A DNA stretch of 63,295 nt, the filler included, from Stramenopiles sp. TOSAG23-3 (Eukaryota), in NCBI GenBank assembly GCA_900128585.1. It is 9 parts of 9 records of this genome, joined end to end, with 100 filler letters (N's around TTAATTAATTAA, not from the genome) between each part and the next. Parts side by side here need not be neighbours in the genome. Positions count along the whole stretch, not along the records: positions 56,362 to 63,295 come from LT643231.1; 8 more parts are not named here. One strand, given 5' to 3'. Under the pieces are notes generated by a model. The model was not told where the DNA came from. It saw only the letters and a list, made by a program, of their open reading frames with translations, and did no database searches. Of this stretch, positions 56,420 to 63,295 are shown piece by piece (position 1 is the first letter of the stretch; each line of letters starts with the position of its first letter). Made by a program: the position numbers and the translations under genes.

Positions 56420-58133
56420 TCTACAACGAGGTCATCAAGGACCTTCTGAACCCGTCGGACGCCCACTTGAAAATCAGGGAGCACCCAGACATGGGCATAT
56501 ACGTCGAGGGGATCGCAGAAATAAAGGCGAACGCGGCGGGGGGACATCGAAAAGTTCATCGAGCAGGGAAACAAGGTACGGACGGTCGCCGAAACGAAGA
56601 TGAACGCCCGGAGTTCCCGCTCCCACAGCTGCTTTACCATTCGAATTTCGCAGAAAACCGTGGAAGAGTTGGACGGCGGGGTGACTCGCGAGTCCAAGTT
56701 GGACTCGAAACTCAACCTTGTCGATTTGGCGGGTTCCGAGCGTGCAGGCAAGACCGGGGCGGCCGGAGACCGGCTCAAAGAGGCTGGGGCGATCAACATG
56801 TCCCTGAGCGCGTTGGGAAACGTCATCAATGCGCTGGCCAAGGGGGGAAAAAGTTTTGTCCCCTACCGCGACAGCAAGCTGACCCGCCTGTTGCAGGAGT
56901 CCCTTGGGGGGGAACGCCCGGACGGTCATGATCGCGGCGCTGTCCCCCGCGGACGACAACTACGACGAGACCCTGGGCACGTTGCAGTACGCGTCCCGGG
57001 CGAAGAAAATACAGAACAAAGCTACGAAGAACGAGGACGTCAACGAAAAGGTGATCCGGGAATTGAAGACGGAAATCGACGAGCTGAAGGCACAGCTTGC
57101 TGCCATCGCCGACGGGAAGCCTATGCCTGGGTCCATGGACTCGAGCGTGCAGCAAGATTACTTGAACAAAATTGCGATACTGGAGCGCGCGCAAAAGGAC
57201 AGCTGGGAAGAGAAGGAACGGCTGAGCAAGCAGTTCGAAGAAGAGCGAAAGAAAATATTAGAGAACGAGAACCACATTCGCGACGTGATGCAAACGGTCA
57301 AAGTAGAGAACATCGAGGCGATGAAGCGCGTGCGCGCACTGCAGCACGAGAAGGTCATGCTGAAGCGGGAGTTTGCGGGAAAGATGAACGAGCGCGAGGG
57401 CCTGAAGCAGTCCCTGGCCAAATCAATATCCCAGCTGAAGCACATGCGGGGGCTCGAAGCGGAGGGCAAACCGCAGGACCAGAGGGTCATGAGAAACTTG
57501 CTAGTCTTCATCGACACCAAGCGAAAGGCACTGGAGGTGAACAAGGAGGAGTTGGAGGAAATCCAAACCTTTATCAAAGAGAACGAAGAGCGCACGACGG
57601 AGGAAAGGGCCGAGATTAGCGCGCACAAGATGGTCTTGTCCCAAGACCACAAGCTGCGGGCGGCCATCGCCGAGGAAGAAAAGCAAAAATTTTTGAAAGA
57701 GAAAGAGCAATACTTAGAAAGCATCCTGTCCAAAGAGCGGGAGCGCTTGAAGGCCGAGGCCGAGGCGGAAGTGGCCAAGGTCAAGGCAAAGTACCGCCGG
57801 AGCGGGGGGGGCGACTCGTCCAAGCACAGGGAGTTAGAAATAAACGCCATTCAATCGTCCGCCGACAACAGCTCCTTGATCTTAGAAATAAAGACTTTGA
57901 AGGAAAAGCACGAGCATGCCGTCGAAGTCATTGAGAACCAACACAAGATTGCGTGGGAAAAACGCAACAAAGAGACGGCGGACATGGTAAAACTTATAGT
58001 CGAAGGGTTTGAAACAGAAATGAAAATGGTGCGCAAAAAGTTTCACACTTGCTCGAAATTGTTAAATCAAGCGGTGAAGGACATTGATTACCTGACCAAA
58101 CGGAACGCGGAGCTAGAAGAAGGGAAAAAATAG
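56420..58133 (+). CDS. Kinesin (motor C-terminal half plus coiled coil), 5' truncated, two +1 G frameshifts
   Basis: [70 protein letters not shown]; frame switches in G runs at about 56538-56543 and 56906-56912. Confidence 0.9.
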
Positions 58134-58722
58134 AATACAACTTAATATAATAATCTAGTAGTTGTATATTTTATTAGACTACTACATTAAATAGATTAGC
58201 GTACGTATAATTATATAAGATAGGAATAGTAGGTAATCAGAGTATTTCACCAGAAAAATTATTACTTTTTTTTTCGCGAAGAAGAAGAAGAAATAATCAA
58301 CACGGTACAGTACCACACCATCATAATCGATCTGTTTTTTTGTTTTTGTTTTTGTTTTTGTTGTTGTTGTTGTTGTATTGTTCTCTTTCTATTATTTTTA
58401 TATTTTATTATTTATATCTTCTTCTCTCCGTCGCTTGCCACCCACCATTAAAAACAAGTAAACGCACACTATTGTATATACAATAGCAGATAAGAAAATA
58501 AAGAAGAAGTGAATGTTATACAGATCTTCAGGAACACTCAATATGCGATTAGAAAGGGTTGCGTTTAAAGGAAGAGCAGCAAGCGCATATTTTCTTTTTG
58601 AGGTAGTAGTGTTGGAAGGGAGGCGTATTTAGCGATACGCACGGGACGTGGTTAAGAGGCAAGGCACGCGCGGTGGGGCAATCGGGTAGTGTTGAAGAAG
58701 GAAACAGTACGGAGTAGACAAA

Positions 58723-59358
58723 ATGCGGCAGTTTACGATAGGACTTTTGAACAAAACTGACGGTAGCGCAAAGTTGGTGAATGGGGACACGGTGGTGATT
58801 GCATCTGTGGTTGGTCCGAAGGAGACAACCAACGACAGCACCAGCGCTCAGGTTGTCGTGAAGTGGTCTTCCGAAGGAGACGTACGGGACGAGACGGACG
58901 CCGAGCGAAAGCGTATTATACAAAAAGTGATAGAGTCCCTGATCGTGAAGTCGGCCTACCCCCGGACCGTCACACGAATTGGAGTGACCGTGCTGAGAGA
59001 CAACGGGTCTTTACTTTCAACCGCCATAAATGCCGTGATGATGGCGTTGGTGGACAGTGGGATAATGATGAACGGTTTAGCAACTGCCTCTACTTGCGCA
59101 GTTCTGGAAGACGGGGAAAGTGGCAGGGTGATCCCAAATCCAACCAAAGACGAAGAGGCGAGCAGCCTCGGCAGCATCTTTTCTGTCTGGCATAGTACAA
59201 CGTTTGAGGTCCTGTCCACTATTTCTCGTGGGAACTGCGGGACCAGCACCGATCAGTACATGAAAGTCTTGGAAGCAGGGCGCCAGGCCTCGAACGAAGC
59301 GCTGGCATTTCTGAGGCTCTCGTATGACAACGCCTGCAAGAGCATGAGGAGAGGATGA
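58723..59358 (+). CDS. RRP46: Exosome RNase PH-like subunit Rrp46/EXOSC5
   Basis: GLLNKTDGSA, GDT.VIASV.GP, YPRT...I.V.VL.DNGS..STAINA...AL.DSGI.M. Confidence 0.8.
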   Translation: MRQFTIGLLNKTDGSAKLVNGDTVVIASVVGPKETTNDSTSAQVVVKWSSEGDVRDETDAERKRIIQKVIESLIVKSAYPRTVTRIGVTVLRDNGSLLSTAINAVMMALVDSGIMMNGLATASTCAVLEDGESGRVIPNPTKDEEASSLGSIFSVWHSTTFEVLSTISRGNCGTSTDQYMKVLEAGRQASNEALAFLRLSYDNACKSMRRG

Positions 59359-59627
59359 TTTTATAATTTAAACAAGAAAATTGGCTGTGATTTTATAAAA
59401 AAAGGCACTCCTGTTATTACATTCAGGGTTGTAACCTGGGATGGACAAGACAGAGTTCAATGCTTGGGTGTAATTAATACTCGTAATATTATCGTAAAAT
59501 AAGAACAGTTTTTCAGAGAAGTTTGAAAAAAAAGTCTTTTGCGTACACTTGCCATACCATTCTTCTTGACCTTGCACCCCTTTCGTTTCTAAAAGGGCAA
59601 AATTAAATTCAGGCGCCCTTTTTTAAT

Positions 59628-60920
59628 TCACATACGCTCCACACTACGCCCCAGAGGGTCTTCGATTTGCCATCGGTGTTCGCCAATATCAAGATTTTCC
59701 CGGGATGCCCCTTGCTGAAAGAATTTGCTGGCTGTATTCCCGTTTTGGTCCTTCAAACGCAGTTCGTCACGGTTCATTAATGAACTCAAGAAAGTCATGA
59801 TATCTCTGTGGCGGTAAAATGCGGCGCACATAAGCGGCGTAACGCCCCGGTTTGTTCGTCCAGCGATCCATTCGCGAACGACACCGTTTCCGTTTTTATT
59901 CATCTTTTTATTGCTCAAAAGCAAATTTCCATACGTGCTCGTTCCACCGCTCCCAGCCAGTTTTAACCTGCCGTCCTTGAGAAGCTTTTTCACCAGGTAC
60001 TTTACAACGTCCAAGTGTCCACGGTAGCAAGAAGCATGAAGCGGCATTACCCCATACTCATCCTTTCCCATAAGCTTTGACCCTCCTACTTCTACGAGCA
60101 ACGCGATGGTTTCGGAAGAACAATTCTCGTAGCATGCTAAATGCAGCGGCGTTGTCTTTTCGTAATCCACCGCGTTCGCACTTGCCCCATGCTTTAGTAA
60201 TATCTCTACAATAGCTTTGTCCCCAAAATATGATGCAATGTGTATCGGCTGCCTGCCGTTGATGTCTTTGCAATCGACACGAGCCCCCAAAGTCAACAAA
60301 AACTGTACACATACAAAGTACCCTTTATAGGTCGCACGGTGCAACAGCGTACGACCATCCCCTACTTTAGCAACTATGGGACGGTTAATAATGTCATTCC
60401 CATTTCGTCGAAGATAGAGGGAGGCCATTCGACGATCTTCGGCAGCTATTTCTCCTTTAGTTTGGCATTTCTTAATCAATGGCCACAGGTCATCATGAAG
60501 CGTGTTTTCTTTCTTTGCCTGGTCATTCAGGTAATCTTTATGCTTTTCTATGTTCAGTAATTCTACAGTTTTTTCAAACAAAACGTGGTTTTGCTTCAAC
60601 CTATCGTCTAAATCGTGCTTCCCAGTTGATCGTAGCAAGTAAGCAACCCTCTTTTTGCTCTTCTTGAAGTGCTCTGCGTTTGCTGCGATAAAATTGTATT
60701 TTTCCTGCAGTGCCTTGGCTCGCCACTTTGCTTGCCTCACACGAAAAATGGATTGCAGCAGGATTGCAGCTTCTTCTTCTTCCCGTTCTCGCTTTTTGCG
60801 ATAAAGCTCAACTCTGCGTTTTCTTTTTAATTCTAGCTTCTCTTCTTGGGTAAGATCGTTCTTTGTGACCAACTCTGCATTGGCTTTCTTTATTTGTGCT
60901 GCAATCAAATTAAGACTCAT
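59628..60920 (-). CDS. IQ-motif and ankyrin-repeat protein
   Basis: IQ-like AAILLQSIFRVRQAK; about five ANK repeats (GRTLLHRA, GRQPIHIA, TTPLHLA, GVMPLHAS, GVTPLMCA). Confidence 0.85.
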   Translation of the reverse strand: MSLNLIAAQIKKANAELVTKNDLTQEEKLELKRKRRVELYRKKREREEEEAAILLQSIFRVRQAKWRAKALQEKYNFIAANAEHFKKSKKRVAYLLRSTGKHDLDDRLKQNHVLFEKTVELLNIEKHKDYLNDQAKKENTLHDDLWPLIKKCQTKGEIAAEDRRMASLYLRRNGNDIINRPIVAKVGDGRTLLHRATYKGYFVCVQFLLTLGARVDCKDINGRQPIHIASYFGDKAIVEILLKHGASANAVDYEKTTPLHLACYENCSSETIALLVEVGGSKLMGKDEYGVMPLHASCYRGHLDVVKYLVKKLLKDGRLKLAGSGGTSTYGNLLLSNKKMNKNGNGVVREWIAGRTNRGVTPLMCAAFYRHRDIMTFLSSLMNRDELRLKDQNGNTASKFFQQGASRENLDIGEHRWQIEDPLGRSVERM

Positions 60921-61345
60921 TTTTCACCTCCCCACCACGAACGATTACAGGCACCCTTCACTTTCGACCCAAGAACTATTTAGTATAATACGACAATTTA
61001 TCAGATGATGATGCCACTTAAGGACAAGACTTTTGAACAAAAAATATCTGGTTAATGGCGGAACACACAAAGAAAATTTAATCCATTTTCTTTCTCATAT
61101 CAGCTTGAGTAAATCATCATCTTTGACGTTTTCATCATACACTTCCCATTGATTACATGAATTCCGGAGAAGAATGACTTCTATTTATATATTCTTCATT
61201 GATTGAACAACAACAACAACAATGCCAAATTATTTTTTTTCATTGAAGAGCACTGTTGTTCCTTGTTTCCGTTATAAAGTAAATTTCGCCTTTATATTTC
61301 TACGTTTTTTCATAAAGAATATTCAAAATTTAGATTTTATATTAA

Positions 61346-61520
61346 AAACAAAAAATTGGCTGTTATTTATAAGTATAATAATTAAAATATAAAAAAAACA
61401 AGAAAATTGGCTGTTATTTAAGTAATTAAATTTAGCTTCCTCATACCCTAACTTGGTTCTGTAATTAAAATATATCTTCCTCATGTACCGAGAAAATGAA
61501 TCTGCTCCTTTTGTCCATTA
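61346..61520. repeat. Longest dispersed intergenic repeat copy, internally duplicated
   Basis: Two AAAATTGGCTGTTATTTA blocks, two CTTCCTCAT blocks and ACCGAGAAAATGAATCT. Confidence 0.85.
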
Positions 61521-61577
61521 AAGGCCAATTTTTCGTTTTTTAAAGTATGTAATTTTAAATTATTTTTAATTGTTTCA

Positions 61578-63295
61578 CTAATACGTTCGATATTTCCCTG
61601 GGGTGAACGGTTCATTCTTTTTATCGTTGTCATAATCTTGCCCCGAATGATTCAATAGGTCGTGCACTCTTTTCAGTTCCACCTCCGCAGCCTGCTCTTC
61701 GCTGACAAATGTCAAAAGACTACGGTCAATTTCGTGCAAACTTTTTTCCACCTCCTTCGTCAGATTCATTGACATTGACTCGCCTTCTAGCAATCTATCT
61801 ACCTTGTCCACAATGCCAACGGACTGCAAGTCTTTTGTACTGAGCCGTAAGGGCGAATGGGTAATTGATTTGGCCATTTTTAAATCGTCTAAGATTTTTT
61901 TGTGCAGTGTCCGGTCCCTTCGAATAGAGCTTTCCAGGGCCACTTTCTCGGCTGTCTCCTTCTGTTTTTCTGACAACGTGCGGCTGAGCGTTTGCTCCAT
62001 ATCCGTGTATTTACTTTCCCACGCCTTTTTATGCTGTTGATGCCGTTCTTCCACGGCTACTAAATCCTTTAACACATTCGCTTGGTTCTGTTTCAGGGTA
62101 GTCATGCCTTTTTTAAGCATTGTGTTGTTTGTTTTGTGCTCGTCTAATTCTCGACGTGCCAAGTGATGCTCAGTCCGTAGTTTGACAAACGCGTTTCCCA
62201 CACTTTCTAACTCCTTCTTTGCCCGCGAAAATTTGCTCAGTGTTTCTGCGTTAGATTTCAGTGCATGGGAGTGGTCGTCTAACAAAGCTTTGTGCTCGCT
62301 TCTGCTCCTGTTCAGGTCCCTTTGAAGATTAACAAATTCATCAGAGGTTTTTTCTTTATACATTTCGAATCCTGCAGTTGCTTCCGCGTACGCTTTTGCT
62401 CTACCATCAAGTTCCTGGATTGTCCTGTCCCTTTCCTGACCAAGTTGTTCGAGCTCCCGGTTTGAATGTTCAAGGTGCAAGACCGTCGCATCCAAGTTGA
62501 CCTTGGCCTCTTTCCACTTGCTTTCCATGATTAGACTTTCTTCATGAGCTTCTTTCAAAGCCTCTTCAACACCTTCTTGATAATGGATGGTCCTATGCAG
62601 CTTTGAAGCAAGGGCGTCATGTTTCTCTGTCACTGTTTGGATTTTTACCCGGGCAGCAGATAGTTCAGACTTTAATTTCTGTTCTCTTGCAGACAAATCT
62701 CTGTGGCCAGCATCCAGCTGTTCTGCTCTCTGTGCATGGTATTCAGCCGATTGCTGCACGCGGCTCAGTTCGTCTGCTCGGCTTTGGAAATATTGTTTTT
62801 CTTTCTGAAGGGCTTTCATTTTTCCATTCAGTTCTCTCAAAAGTTCCAGCTCGTCCTTAATAGTTTGAGACAAGTAAACATGCGTCACAGACCTTTCGTG
62901 CGAAATCTCGTCGTGCAAAGCTATGCAAAGATCTTCAAACGTGGATGAATCTGCTCGCTTTGTTTCCGCATGGTACACAAGATCCAATGGCCTTGAGTTG
63001 ATACGAGAACCCTTCTTTGGAGAGGATGAGCGGGCGCGGACGGTACTTGTACCATGAAAATGGTGGCGGTACGCTGACCCTAGCACGTTTGTTTGGAACT
63101 CATGCCAAGTCAGCGTCTCACACCCGGACCTCTCTATTTCATCCAAAACATGGAACGTAGACTTCTTGCTACCATCCGATCCATTCACATTCACAGGCAA
63201 ATGAAGTATTTCATTAGCTTCGTGGTCCCGCTTTAGTGCATACGATAATTCTTTCACGTTCACTTCTCCATTGTGATCAGCATCAATTTTATTAA
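61578..63295 (-). CDS. EF-hand plus long coiled-coil protein, 5' truncated
   Basis: Frame is open to the window end and contains DADHNGEVNVKE; heptad-rich remainder. Confidence 0.75.
   Translation of the reverse strand, partial: NKIDADHNGEVNVKELSYALKRDHEANEILHLPVNVNGSDGSKKSTFHVLDEIERSGCETLTWHEFQTNVLGSAYRHHFHGTSTVRARSSSPKKGSRINSRPLDLVYHAETKRADSSTFEDLCIALHDEISHERSVTHVYLSQTIKDELELLRELNGKMKALQKEKQYFQSRADELSRVQQSAEYHAQRAEQLDAGHRDLSAREQKLKSELSAARVKIQTVTEKHDALASKLHRTIHYQEGVEEALKEAHEESLIMESKWKEAKVNLDATVLHLEHSNRELEQLGQERDRTIQELDGRAKAYAEATAGFEMYKEKTSDEFVNLQRDLNRSRSEHKALLDDHSHALKSNAETLSKFSRAKKELESVGNAFVKLRTEHHLARRELDEHKTNNTMLKKGMTTLKQNQANVLKDLVAVEERHQQHKKAWESKYTDMEQTLSRTLSEKQKETAEKVALESSIRRDRTLHKKILDDLKMAKSITHSPLRLSTKDLQSVGIVDKVDRLLEGESMSMNLTKEVEKSLHEIDRSLLTFVSEEQAAEVELKRVHDLLNHSGQDYDNDKKNEPFTPGKYRTY

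Noticed and set aside
1-63295. tRNA, rRNA or intact transposase/integrase genes
   Set aside because: None recognised by eye; a covariance-model scan would be needed to exclude small RNAs.

Overview
This window is not one locus. It holds nine eukaryotic contigs of 6.93-6.95 kb in decreasing length order, joined by 100-nt N44-TTAATTAATTAA-N44 linkers, as in a MAG/SAG-style concatenation. Genes are compact, with a few short GT-AG introns. Contigs 2-9 have very AT-rich, (GAAA)n/(GAA)n-rich spacers; contig 1 does not. The gene content (CFAP96-like, kinesin, histone H1, RBM28/Nop4, PNKP, Rrp46, bestrophin, BspA-LRR and PMP-repeat surface proteins, GH63-like hydrolase) fits a flagellated protist. 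A heterotrophic stramenopile is plausible but is an inference. The best novel-system candidate is a head-to-head ankyrin gene and WD40 gene that share an unrecognised 50-aa C-terminal module (27/50 identical, no gaps). Other notable items: a DEUBAD-like/SAP-like/HMG-box protein, a spliced C2H2 gene with an in-frame TAA, an H1 with 35 consecutive lysines, a dispersed intron-like intergenic repeat family, a tandem MITE-like pair, an AT-rich island with a ribonucleotide reductase fragment, and an inverted chimera at the start of the last contig. All family calls come from visual motif recognition; no database searches were run.
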